Source: Octopus sinensis
Taxonomy: Eukaryota
DNA: 64,000 nucleotides
Assembly: GCF_006345805.1 (NCBI RefSeq)
Contig: NC_042999.1
Span: forward strand, 106,330,001 to 106,394,000
Reading direction: 5' to 3'
The notes beneath the pieces were generated by a model. The model was not told where the DNA came from, did no database searches, and was given only the letters and a program-made list of their open reading frames with translations. A program made the position numbers and the translations under genes. Shown here one piece after another: positions 23,786 through 36,412 of this stretch (positions are counted from its first letter, which is position 1; each line of letters starts with the position of its first letter).

Positions 23786-26700
23786 TTTTTTTTTCTTCTT
23801 TCAAATTTTCTTCCATTTCTTGCCGAATGTCTTCCCGACTCCTAGGGCAAAGAAACTTATAGTATACATTGGTAGGCCATTGAACTAAACTCACTAGTTC
23901 GCGCATTTTTTTAATAGAAATAAAGTTAAATTAAAATACATGGGTAGTAATAGTTCTCACATCGACAATGCTCTTCTCAATACGTGTGATGTACCAGATA
24001 AGACAATATTTTGCACTTCTTGCAGGGATGGTAAGCCAAGGATCATTCTCATATAATTTTCGGTTCCCTTCTTGATCATTCCTAGTACTCCTACGATCAC
24101 TGGTAATGTAACCGCCTTGAGATGCCACATTTTCTCAATTTCAATGAGCAGGTCTCCATATTTTCTGAGCTTGTCAAATTCTTTTGCCGAGATATTATGA
24201 TCACAGGGGATGCTCATGTTGATCAACAAGCAAACTTTTTCTCATTCAGTTACAGCTTCAGGGTGGTGATTATACCACTTATCGGCAGTTTTGATATTGT
24301 AATGCCGACTTATTAGCCAGTGTAGATATTGGCCAACTCTGTCATGTCTTAATTTATACTCCACTGGTGCTAAGACTTTACATCCAGAGATTAGGTGGTC
24401 CACTGTTTCAATCATGTCGTTGCAGAATCGGCATTTGGGGTCTGCTCCATTTTTCATCACATTGGCCAGGTAGTTCCGCGTTAATAGGCTTTGATCTTGA
24501 GCAGCCAGGATGAAACCTTCGCTCTCTGCTTTCAGCCCTGAGCTCCGTAACCACTGATGGGTTTGCTTCTGGTCAACATCAGCTTGTTTGCTGCGGGTCA
24601 CATATTTGCCGTGCAGAGGTTTTTCCTCCCACCTATCAGCCAATTGCTCGTGCGCTTTTTTCGTTGCCATTATTTTCACCTTCTTTGCAACGATAGTTGC
24701 CGTACTTCCCTCAGGTTGGTCAGTTTGGGTATCCTGCACGAAATCAATAGCAAATTTTTTGCTTTCCTTTATGATAGAATGAAGCTTCTTTCGTCTCTCG
24801 TGATTGTCCACGAGCTTTAGCATCCAGTCATTCGTTATTTCGAGATATTTGGCCAGTCCAATTGTGGTTGTTTTGTAAGCTAGTTCAAATTGGATCAGGC
24901 CTCGACCTCCTTGGGCTCTGGGGAGGTAAAGGCGATCTACGTCTGCCTTTGGGTGGTGCATCCTATTACAACTCAGCAGCTTGCGTATTTTCCTATCTAT
25001 ATTCTTTACTTCACTCATATTCCAGTTCAACACATTGTAGCTATAAGTAACAACTGGAACTGCTAAGGAATTTATAGCTAACACCTTGTTACGTGCATTT
25101 AGTTAAGATTTCAGGACTGCTCGAACTCTCCTATAACATTCCTTCCTGATCTTCTCTTTCATGCTTGCCTGCTGAATACCAGAGCCTTCATTTATCCCTA
25201 AATATTTGTAGGTTTGTTCTTGCTCAAGCTCTCTTATGACTGTGTCAACATCTAACACGACTGAATTTGTGGTCTTCACTTTCCCTTCTCAAGCCCACAC
25301 TCCATCCAGATGTCATCACTGAATGCTTTCACAGTGCGCAATAGGCCTTCAAGTTCATTATCGTCTTTACCATAGAGTTTTAAGTCATGCATATAAAATA
25401 GATGACTTATTTTTTTATTGACAATTTTATACCCATACCCTGTTCTGTTTAATTCACTTGTAAGGGGTATTAGGGCTCTGCAGAATATTAGAGGTGAAAA
25501 TGAGTCACCTTGAAAAATTCCACAGTTCATGTTTATATTCTCTGAGGCAAGTACTCCATTAGAGTGGTATAATTGGAGATTCGTATTCCACATTACATAT
25601 TATGCTTCAGGAAGCTTGAAATCACAGGGGAAATTTTGAAGATGTCCAGCGATTTCAAGATCCATGAATGCGGTATACTGTCGAAGGCCTTTTTATAGTC
25701 AATCCATGCGGAGCTGAGATTTCTGCGCTTGTTGTGACAGTTCTCAAGGATTATACGATTAATTAGCAGTTGATCTTTGCATCCGTATGAGCCTCGGCGG
25801 CCCCCTTTTTGTTCAATGGGGAAAATATCGTTCTTCTCCATGAATGCATATGTTTTCTCCGCCAGGATAGATACTAGGATTTTATACGTGGTGGATAAAC
25901 AGGTTATAGGCCGATAGTTTTTTGGAAGTTTGGTTTCGTTATTCTTTGGGTCTCTCATAATTCCATTGAACAGCTGAACTAGCTTACCGTGTGCGCATGG
26001 GAGCGATGAGAGCCAGAAATTCGGCACCCTATCTTTACCGGGGAATTTCCAATTATGGGCCTTCGTGAGTGCCTTTCTTAGGTCTGCTATTGTGATGTCT
26101 TCCCATGCTTGTTGTTGTAAATTTTGGTAGGATCCTTCTGTTTGTATAATCCAGTCTTCATTTATGTCGTACGTCTTCTCGTCACTCCAATTCCTTTTCC
26201 AAAAGTTTGAACTTCTTCCATGGGAGGGGGGAGGGCTCTTTAACGGTTACTTTCTCCTTCCCTATTTCTCTGTAGAATTTTTTGGCATTGGATGTGAACA
26301 GCTTACTTTGCTTGTAAAACTTGTTTCTCTTCTCAAATCTTCGTATTCTTTGAGCTTTTGCTTGGACTTTTTGTTTCAGCGTTTCTTTTATTGATATCAG
26401 TTCTTCTCTTGGTGAGGATCCAAATGTTCTCTTCATCTTTCTTCCTGTTCTGGATCTTACATCATTTCCACATATTAGTTCATTTAATATTGATATTTCC
26501 CCTCTCATAAATTCAATCTCTTTTTCAATTTTACTTCTCCAGGTTTGATTTCTTTCCAGGTTTGGTTTTCTTTGTTTTTTCGGAGACATACAGCTGATTT
26601 CAATTGCCTTAGCAGAAGCGTAAATAATTTCATCTAACTCAGTTAAATCAGGTTTTAATTCTTGTATTATTTCATTTGTTACATAATTGCCAATTTTGAT

Positions 26701-27625
26701 TTTTTAATTTTGGTTTGTATTTGAGAGTTTATGAAGTGGTTCTCTATCATTCATACTTGTATGTCTTACAACTTCAAGCGTATTCAGGATTTTCTGCCTC
26801 ATTTCTGCCATAGACTCTCTGTGTTCTTCAGCAAATGCGAGATCTTCAGTTACTGTTGTTTTATCATTTTCCTGGCTATCTTTAACAGGTTCAATAGAAT
26901 TTCTTGTATCTTCAGGCCTTTGCGTGCTTTGGTCAGATGGCAGTCTTTCAATTAAGCCTCGTGGCGGGCTATTCTGTTCATCTGATTCTTCATTTCCTTT
27001 GTGTTTTATATTTATGTCATTTTCCGTTGCGTGCTTGATCGCGCTTATTTCACTGTCTGTGAGTCTGTTATTTCTAAGGATATCCCTCCTCACATTTGCC
27101 AATTTGTTCTCGTCCAAATAGGGTCTACTGTCTTGATTCCGTGTTCTCCATATACTGTAAGAGTTTGCGGTGTGTCTCTCTTGAGATGGCTTACCTAATG
27201 CATAGTAATAAGCGTATATTACTTCTTTATACTCTTCTCTGGTTCATTTGTTCCGCTTACATTTTTCTTTCTGTGGTTGTTGTGGTGGTGAACTTGGAGG
27301 GCTCGAGTTGGGGAATTTCCCGTTCAAGTGACCATCCATGTCCGTATTCGGAGAAGAGTTTGTGCCAGTTGATGACGTTTCGATCCCAGGCTGGCTCTTC
27401 CCTGGGGGACGCGCTTCCAGATTAACCATAAGACAAGCGATTTCGTATACTGGTTTAGTTTTACTTTTAATTTCCAAAAACATTTTGGTGCTACGATAAT
27501 GTTATCATTTTTGAGCTCTGAGCGGCTCGCGGGGAGACGGCCATCATTGCCGTTACAATTATAATCGTACCATTATAGCAGCCGTAGCCGGCCTGTGCTC
27601 AGTATTTGTAGTCATGGCAACAGTG
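23786..27625 (-). mobile_element. R4/Dong-clade non-LTR retrotransposon (RLE type), near full length, inactive
   Basis: RT motifs (YRPITCL, WIDYKKAFDSIPH, GIFQGDSFSP, FYMHDLKLY), LYLPRAQGGRGL, CCHC knuckle CRFC..ETVDHLISGC, RHD, and terminal SIP..K...KLRKY. The 3' A-run is followed by (TAA)n. Confidence 0.93.
23957..27483 (-). pseudogene. R4/Dong ORF (RT plus restriction-like endonuclease), broken
   Basis: Seven ORF-track pieces. Catalytic YMDD is mutated to YMHD, and the WD...PD segment of the RLE is deleted at about 24240 (HHPEAVTE*EKVCLL). Confidence 0.9.
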
Positions 27626-27989
27626 TATTATTATTATTATTATTTAGAGGAAGGAGAAGGCAACAGTGTATTATTATTATTATTTAGAGGAAGGAGAGAG
27701 CAGGTTGGCAGTAGATAGGCAGGATGGCAGTCATACAGTTAGATATCGTTAGTCTATAAATAGACTCAATAGGAGTAGGTGAGGGGTGAAAGAGTGATTG
27801 TACCCTTGTGGTCCAGCAAAGGAGCAGTCAGCAGAGGTCAAATATGTGTTTACTACCAACTCACCTTGTGCGGTTTAATTACCGATAGAAAGACATTTTC
27901 TGTTGCGTGCTTGATCGCGCTTATTTCACTGTCTGTGAGTCTGTTATTTCTAAGGATATCCCTCCTTAAAATACACACACTCTCACTCG

Positions 27990-28880
27990 CATATATATAA
28001 TTTCTATATATATATAAATTGCTTAAATTAGTTATCCGGCGGCGTTTAAGAGTGTTCTTGTAGAAATTTCTGTTTTTTTTTTCATATTTGGCTATTCACA
28101 GTACAATGTATATATTAAAGATGATCGTTTGTGTGTGTTTAGCAATTTAAATTTTTTCCATAAGATTGTAGATATTAAAGTTTTTAAAGATGATCATTTG
28201 TGTGCTCGTCCAGAGAAAACTGAATATAATCAAGTTTTTAAGCCTGTAAATTGTTTAAGTAAAGATAGTCAGAGGCGTTTAAGAGTGTTCTTGCAGAATT
28301 TTTTTTTACATATTTGGCTATTCACAGTACAGTGTAGATATTAAAGCTCTTAAAGATGATCATTTGTGTGTTCACCGAAAGTTTTACTTTTCACATAATA
28401 TTGTAGATATTAATGTTTTTAAAGATGATCGTTTGTGCGTCCGTCCAGAGAATACTGTAGATAATCAAGTTTTTAAAGTTATTTATAATGAGATTTTAAA
28501 TACTCACAGAGGATTATAGATACTTCAGTTTTCAAAAAATGTTTTTTGGTTGTAATAGAATGTCTGTGTATATATATATATAATTTCTATATATAATATA
28601 AATTGCTTAAGTTGGATAACCGGAAGCGTCTAAGTGTGTTCTTGCAAAGAAAAAAGGGATGTTTACTTATTTGGCTAGTCAGAGAGAAATGTAGAGTTTC
28701 GGGTATTAATAGGAAATTGTAGATATTAGAGTTTTTAAAGATGATTCTTTGTGTGTTCGTCCAGAGAAAATTGTAGATAATCAAGTTTTTAAAGCTAATT
28801 AGAACGATATTTTAGGTACTCACGGAAAATTTTAGATATTCCAGCTTTTAAAAGTTGTTTTTTAGTTGTAGTAGAATTCC
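27990..28880. repeat. degenerate hierarchical tandem repeat (about 70-bp subunits, about 235-bp unit, about 580-bp superunit)
   Basis: taaagatgatc.tttgtg recurs at about 28116, 28185, 28351, 28421 and 28737; gcgtttaagagtgttcttg at about 28043, 28275 and 28627; gtccagaga at about 28208, 28444 and 28759. Confidence 0.8.
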
Positions 28881-28961
28881 TGGGTCTTCACCTGCTGACT
28901 TATCAGAGCAGCGAAAGACACGTCCAGCTGCTACCAGGGCAGGCTGATTATCTCATTATGA

Positions 28962-29013
<52 letters not shown>

Positions 29014-31189
29014 CATTATTATTATTATTATTATCATTATTATTATTATTCTTATATAATTCTTTGTCTTACTCAACATAAGCGATTTGTGTTTTACTTA
29101 AATATGGTACATGTATTTGTTTGAATATCTTGGCTTATCTAAATGCTCAAACTTATTCAGATTGACAATCTATATATTTTTTGTTACACTTCTGTGTTCA
29201 ATGCTTTTGTCATTCTTCAACTTTGCTTGAAGAAACCTCTATAGTAGACTAACAAATTGAATAGTAATCTGACCTTGTCCTCTCTTTATAACACATGTAA
29301 TCTCAGTGGTTTAGGATAAAAAATATATAATCCTCAGCGTAACGAAATGTCTAAATTTATATTGACAAGATCGGGCAGTAGCTTCTTTTGTATTTTAATT
29401 CTGAATGTGAGCAACGACCCATTATAATTGCAAAAGCTGGTATATTGCATTGAAGGTTTTCCTTGTGGTTTCACAATTTACCATATTTCTCCTTACTTTT
29501 TTCTACTTGAGTTTTGTGTAATAAATATTTCTACTCCATGACGGCAGGGAAATGTGCCAGGCTTTCAATAAATGGCTTAGATACTTGCCGACATTATATT
29601 AAATATCTCTTTCTATTAAGCCGCATTTATTTATTTATTTATGTTTTGCGTTCATTATCATTTTGGTTGTTGCTTGAGAAGGAAGTGCTGCAGGAAAGGC
29701 ACCGATGTAATTATTTTAGCTATAACTGAGATGAACTGGGAAAATTGTAGGAGATAGATGTTAGAACGCTGCAAGCTATAATGGAAAGAGGAAGTTAATT
29801 TTTTCTTCTTTCTTTCTCCTGTTTTGTAGAATAAGTGGATGCTGAAGTGGCGAAAGGTTACAAAAGAAAAATTGGTGGCTATGAACAGAAAATTAAAGAA
29901 ATCTGAAGAGAACATTAAATCTGGTGATTAAAAGACCCATTAATTCTTCAACAGACGGAGACCGATGCTTATCAAAGCGAAGGCTTAAATGAACAGAACG
30001 TAGCGGAAATGTATCTATTAGAGCTAATCTAAAGAGAATAGTTAAACCTTATGAGTGAAAATCTTTATGAAACTAGAAGTCATTTGTTACGAAAGTGGTG
30101 AAATGTCAGAATTCGCAACCTGATTAACAATTATATGAAGGCGATACTTGAGAAACTTAAAACAAAAACTTCAAATCGAAAGTTTTTCCTCAAAATTTAT
30201 GTACTAGAAATTAAATTTAAGAATAGACAAAAGAAATTTAACAAATGCAGAATACTTAAAAGTTTAAAAGATTAATCATTCTATCCGGCAGGAAACTGAT
30301 AATGTAACCGATGAGAAGGTAACACATGATTGATGCACAAACGAAACGCTTAATCTTGAATTTTAAAATAACTTGTGATTATGTAATTCGATTCACTCTT
30401 GGTTTCCAAATTAGATTATATATTTCGTACCCAACTAGTTTCCGGGTGCTTTCGTTATTAAAATGTTATGTACGTTATAAGTAAATTATATATTTTATGA
30501 AATCATTATAAAATAATATATAATTAATCTGAAAATCAAAAGACCCCGGGAAATATTAAAATACAGATAGCTGCCTCCAACTGAACATACAAGGACTTCA
30601 CGAGTAAAGACAGCAACCAAAATTATGTCCATGGGCTTCACAACAAGTAACCGGAATGGACAAATTTTCAGAGCAGAAATCTTAGACTCGTAAATGTGTC
30701 AACCCCACTAAACACTATCCAGAACTAAACGATTGTATTAAACTGGTGACAGATTAACTTTACCACTCAAGAATAAAATTAGTTTATCTAATTTCAATCA
30801 TGATTTGTCTCAATTTGTTGATATCTTAATATGCCGTGCAGTTAATTCAGACTACGGCTAATAACCACATGAAAACATTGTAGTTATGAAAAAAACAATC
30901 TGGAAATTGTATTGGGAAATATTTTGTTACATCCCAATCTCATAAATTCACATTTCTTCATGCCATATAATCATAACGAAAGAAATGCTTCCCATGGACC
31001 GTTCTTGGATCTTGAATTGGGAAATGGCATTTATGGACCGATGCAAGTTGTGATTATTTGCATCTAAATACTGAGTGTGATCTAGTTCAAAACCACACAA
31101 AATCTAGAATTTATTCCCACAAGCTGCTCATAGTTGTTAATTATATATTAAGATTGCAATAATTAATTAATTGGTTCACCTGTTATTTA

Positions 31190-31295
31190 AAGAATGGTTG
31201 ATTAGGGCACATCATAATTAAGAATATATATATATATATATATATATAAATATATATATATTCTTAATTATGATTTGCCCTAATCAAAAATTCTT
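31190..31295. repeat. 36-bp inverted repeat centred on a (TA)n tract
   Basis: aagaatggttgattagggcacatcataattaagaat-(TA)n-attcttaattatgatttgccctaatcaaaaattctt, 3 mismatches. Confidence 0.88.
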
Positions 31296-32070
31296 GTGTA
31301 TGTATGTATGTATAAGTTATGTATTCTGCGCAGTGCAGGCGTGAGGTAATAATGTGTCTGCCTTTTGGTGAGTTGACTGACATCAAGTTCTTTCGTCTCC
31401 ACCTCAACATATCTATTTTTCAGTTGTGTATATACGTATTAGCAACATTCACATTATAATTATCAATATGTGCTTCATGTAATAGTTGTGCATTAAAAAA
31501 GGCTTATATTTAGAGGTCATTTTCGAGCACCTTTACTTTATCACAAAATTTAAGGAAATTCCCACAAGCAACAAGAAAAAGCAATACGTTACAGGGACCA
31601 GAATCATTTTTTCTTTCACTATATTCATCATATGTCGGGCCTTGTGCCTAGAGTAGAAAAGTATATTCATCTTATCGCCATTTTTCACAACTACGTATTT
31701 ATAGAAGTAATATTGTTTGATACTAAACTTAAAATAATAAATCAATAAAGGATTAATGACAATTGATTTCCCAAAGAGGAGGAAATCAAAAGCCACTGTC
31801 ATTTTTCGATTCAATTTTGTTTTACTTCCTTGTAAGTAATGCATTTTATCTATTAGTTATGTTTTGAAAATAAATTTCTTACTTTAAATTAAGTTCATTT
31901 CAAAAGTTAATTTAGCAGTGGTATGACTAGAGGTTGCATCAGTTGACCTTAATGTAAGTGGAAGCATAATAAGAAAACATAAATAGGTTATAGAAACTAT
32001 TTTAGCAAAACCGAACGTGTCTTCACTCGTGTCTCGAAGGATACTTTAAGTATGTACATATGTATACACT

Positions 32071-32151
<81 letters not shown>

Positions 32152-32224
32152 GTATACACATATTTATATATATATCTATATCTATATATATACACATTTA
32201 TTAGTAGGGGCGAGGGTAATAGTG

Positions 32225-32650
32225 TTCCTCTGTGTTTTTGTTTTTGCGTTTGTATAACCGCTGGAAAACCGGTGTTTTTCGATTATATTTTTGTACTTTG
32301 AGCGGTTCGAGAAAAAGATGCAATAGAAGTTAAAGACTCAAAATATATACCGAGGTTGATGGATCGACTAGAGCCTTCCAGAAGATTTCTAAGAATGACC
32401 GCAGCCCAATGAGTGAAACAAAAAAGATAAAAGAAATCTTGAGACAGACTCTGTATTTTTTTAGGGGAAGGGCAAATCAATTACATCAACCCAAGTACTT
32501 CACTGCTACTTTTTTTATTTTAGAATACAAATGGTTGGAATTCAAAGTCAGCGTGTACGGAATTTGAATTCAGAACGTAAAAACGGAGCAAATGCTTCTA
32601 ATCACTTTTGTCCGACATGCTAAAAATTCTACCGACCCACCGCTTTTGCA
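32225..32650. mobile_element. adjacent SINE A 3' half (+) and SINE C (-), degenerate
   Basis: Similarity to other copies in the window. Confidence 0.55.
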
Positions 32651-33084
32651 TCGAGTGATATAAAGTGTAAAGGACTATAAATGTAACTAAATACGTTATA
32701 ATCTTTAGGTGGGATGAAGCTTATAGCTTTCGAGTTGTCTTCTGTACTGGATGACTGCAGTTTATAGTTCATTAACTGTTATCAAGCTCTGATTAACCCA
32801 GTAATTTTGCCAAGTAATGATATTTAAGTTAAACCTGTTTAAGCTGATTTGCACATCGGTATTAGTTTCGCAGCTATTATAAATTATTTACAGACTAATA
32901 CCGTATTAACTCTAAAAGTTTCAACACAAAATGACACCTCATAGAGTAACAGTAAGATTTACGAAAATCTGATGACGATTAAGAAACTCAAACCTCAGTT
33001 ACTCGATTTCCAGTATCATTTTACTGATAAATTCCTGTATATTACCGAGATTCATTCAACAGAAGCCTATTTCTTTCTTTCTCT

Positions 33085-33121
<37 letters not shown>

Positions 33122-33177
33122 ATCTATCTCTCTCTATCTATCTATCTATCTCTGCATATATATGTATATGTGTGTGT

Positions 33178-33219
<42 letters not shown>

Positions 33220-33281
33220 ATAGGGGTCCTTTCTCCCTTTCTCTCTCTCTCTCTCTCTCTCTCTTCATATATATATATATA

Positions 33282-33452
33282 AAGATGTGGTGAAAGTGTG
33301 CAGCAGGTTTCGCCACCACACCCTGCTGAAGCCTCGTGGAGCTTTAGGTGTTTTCGCTCAATAAACACTCACAATGGCTGATCTGCGAATCGAAACCCCG
33401 ATCCGACGACCGCGAGTCAGCTGTTCTAATCCCTGGGCCATTGCACCTCCAC
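33282..33452 (-). mobile_element. tRNA-derived SINE family B, 5' part
   Basis: Minus strand gtggaggtgcaatggcccagggattag...ggtttcgattcg...ggtggcgaaacctgctgcacactttcaccac. Confidence 0.75.
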
Positions 33453-33469
33453 ATATATACATACATATA

Positions 33470-33590
33470 GAATGTGTCGGGTTCATTCCCCCTACGTAGC
33501 ACCTTGGGAAAGTGTCTTCTACTATAGCCACGGGCCGACCAAAGCCTTGTGAATGGATTTGGTAAACGGAAACTGAAAGAAGCCCGTTGT
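33470..33590 (+). mobile_element. SINE family A, 5' part
   Basis: gggttcattcccctacgtagcaccttgggaaagtgtcttctactatagcc...ggaaactgaaagaagcccg. Confidence 0.75.
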
Positions 33591-33616
33591 ATATATGAAT
33601 ATATATATTTGTATGT

Positions 33617-33897
33617 GTGTTTCAATTCCCAGACCATTCCGGCAGGGAATGGTGGCGAAACCTGCTGTACACTTTCACCACATATTTCTCTCACCCTTTC
33701 TTCCTGTTCCTGTTGTACCTGTATTTCAAAGGGCCAGTTTTATCACTCTGTGGGGTCACGCTGAATCTCCCCGAGAACTACGTTAAAGGTACACGTCTCT
33801 GTGGAGTCCTCAGCCACTTGTACGTTAATTTCACGAGCAGGCTGTTCCGTTGATCGGATCAACTGGAACCCTCATTGTCGTAACTGACGGACTGCCA
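33617..33897 (+). mobile_element. SINE family B, 3' part
   Basis: ggtggcgaaacctgctgtacactttcaccac...gatcggatcaactggaaccctc; inverted relative to 33282-33452. Confidence 0.75.
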
Positions 33898-33915
33898 CGA
33901 TATATATATATATAA

Positions 33916-33964
<49 letters not shown>

Positions 33965-33968
33965 ATAT

Positions 33969-34017
<49 letters not shown>

Positions 34018-34500
34018 CTGTGTGTGTGTGTGTGTATGCATATATATGTATGTGCATATAGGTTTATATGTGCGTATGTATTTATACATGAACAACTGTC
34101 TTAACAGAAGTATTAAGCAATTTGAAAACAAAATATAAAGTGGTCTTGAGGCTGGTTAACCCAAATACGTACGCTTTCAACCAAACGACAAAATAGGTGA
34201 AGAGATTTAAACTAGCTAATGTGTAAAACGAAGTAATAAGCTTCCCACAGCGTGTGGCCCTTATAAATAACATTGTAGTGTAGGATTCGAATGAGATACA
34301 TGCTTTATAGTATATACAAAATTCAGCAAAGCATATGGCCACATAGTTATGTAAAAATTTTCAAATGCTAACAATTACGAGTGCAAGCACAATAAGGCCT
34401 TATTCACAAACAAAGATTCCATTTGGCTGTGTTAGATACTTTGTTTTGTGAACGTTTTTGAACAAAATACTGTTGAATATTCGAACGTGCTACATGACGC

Positions 34501-34656
34501 TCATTTTTTGTCTCGGTGGGATTTGTCAGTAGTAAACTTTAGTGCGTTGCACCACTTGTCATCAGATGTCCAATATGTGAATATCTGTTTCACTTCATCC
34601 TTGGTGCACTTGAAATAATAAGTATCGTGGACAGTATCTAGTAGTGGGATCAAACA
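34501..34656 (-). CDS. candidate terminal exon CLIPLLDTVHDTYYFKCTKDEVKQIFTYWTSDDKWCNALKFTTDKSHRDKK*
   Basis: Strong tttatttctatttttctcAG acceptor, then 51 open codons in AT-rich DNA. No homolog recognised. Confidence 0.4.
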   Translation of the reverse strand, partial: CLIPLLDTVHDTYYFKCTKDEVKQIFTYWTSDDKWCNALKFTTDKSHRDKK

Positions 34657-35394
34657 CTGAGAAAAATAGAAATAAAGCTTACTGTAAAAATGCTTATGAA
34701 TACATCATCTTTGGGGTTTTTAGTGCGCTTTCAGCAGATGTTTCTTCTGTGAAAATCATATTAAAATTTATAAACATTTATCCATTTGGTAGGTCTAAAA
34801 ATTACTTTTTCTTAAAGATTAAAAAAACAAAAAAACTTAGTTGCCAAGAGGTGTTACGAAATGAGTACGTTTTTCATTTATTTATTTATTTATTTATTTA
34901 TTGCAGTAGTTGATGTGGAATACTTTTTCAGATATATCAAATCCTTAGTGATTGTTTTACAATTCATGATCTCTTTATTATCTGTCTCAGACTAGCAAAT
35001 AATGCAATACACAACACTTTGCCAAATTAAATCTCCTATGATCATCATGGTCGTCGATATAATAATCAATGTCTTCATTATTACGTCACCACCGTCATAG
35101 TTACCAGCAGCAGCATTGTCCTAAAGAAATATTTTAGACGGCAGCAGATAGCTTTCATGAAAAGAATATTTTCATGTTATAAAACTAAAACGTCGTAGTT
35201 CCTCTCTTTTTTTTCTTTTAGCATTCTGTTGTTTTGTATTTCAGCATCTTTTCTAATTATGTAAATAAGCTTCACTAAATAATATTTACTTTCTGACAGA
35301 TTAATCTGCGGGAAAATAAAAGTCATGCAACATGCTTATTTTGATACCCTTAGAGAAGTAATAATATAAATGTCAACATTCCTGCAAACATGTC

Positions 35395-35518
35395 GTATAA
35401 TAACAATACTGAAAATAATAATGATAATATCAACTATGAAAATAATGATAATAATGATAATAATGATAATAATGATAATAATAATAATAATAATAATATC
35501 AATAATAATAATGATAAA

Positions 35519-35594
<76 letters not shown>

Positions 35595-35662
35595 TATAAT
35601 AATAATAATAATAAAAAAAAATAATAATAATAATAATAATAATATATAATAATAATAATAAC

Positions 35663-35693
<31 letters not shown>

Positions 35694-35832
35694 TCCAACG
35701 CAGAACACTTTCCATACAATAACCATCAGAGCATCACAACAAATCACAGCACATACCCAAGGCACACAGCGCTGCGCTCGGTAGTGAAGTGAAAGCACGC
35801 TATAAAAATAAAACTACTGAATAATAATAATA

Positions 35833-35902
<70 letters not shown>

Positions 35903-35920
35903 TTAATAATAATAATAATG
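35395..35920. repeat. (AAT)n array interrupted by an R4 3' end
   Basis: Direct reading. Confidence 0.95.
35690..35820 (+). mobile_element. severely 5'-truncated R4/Dong 3' end (about 130 bp) in (TAA)n
   Basis: Encodes HIQRRTLSIQ*, comparable to HVLRRALSM* at the end of the 24-kb element, then a short UTR; (AAT)n on both sides. Confidence 0.7.
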
Positions 35921-36347
35921 GAAATAATAATCATATATCTTCTGGCAAACATGATTCCTAGCTAAAATAACCCACAATGACATTAAAAATATATTCAACT
36001 AGTAACGTTTCTTGTTTTTTTTATTACAGAATCCACTACAATCTACAACATGTTTATTTCTTTACTATTGCTGTTTTTGTTTTAAATATTATCTTTAGTG
36101 TTGTATTTTGCATTGTTTGTTAGTTAGTCGAAATACTTTTATTATCAATATAAATACCTCTCGTTATTGTTCGCCATTGAAGCAGAAAACTAGGAAAATA
36201 ACAAAGAACTACCTGTTGTCACTAATCTCATTTAAAAATTCATAAATCCAAACTGATATAAGATAAAAAAATTTTTGAGAATGGATTGCTAAATCAGTTT
36301 TATAATTAAAATCAATGTTTCATTTCACACAGAAACATATTACTTAC

Positions 36348-36412
36348 GTCTGAATCAAAAGCATATTAAGCATGATAAATAGGAAACGTGTATGAAATAT
36401 ATCTTGATATAG
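36348..36412 (-). other. candidate exon with an in-frame TAA in the phase-compatible frame
   Basis: tattgttccAG acceptor and GAC|GTAAGT donor; frame reads (T)ISRYISYTFPIYHA*YAFDSD. Confidence 0.3.

Noticed and set aside
23595-23888. Poly-His ORF resembling a metal-binding protein
   Set aside because: It lies entirely within the (ATC)/(ACC) array at the 3' end of the R4 element.
27490-27600. Possible HDV-like ribozyme at the R4 5' UTR (TCCCCGC loop, GGCCGGC)
   Set aside because: I could not build consistent P1, P2 and P3 pairings by eye; it needs an RNArobo or Infernal search.
27990-28880. Repeat-spacer appearance suggesting a CRISPR-like array
   Set aside because: The intervening segments are themselves homologous, the repeats are degenerate, the context is eukaryotic and there are no cas genes.
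29830-29930. Strong plus-strand acceptor followed by NKWMLKWRKVTKEK...*
   Set aside because: No compatible upstream exon or donor and no recognisable homology; it may be non-coding or chance.
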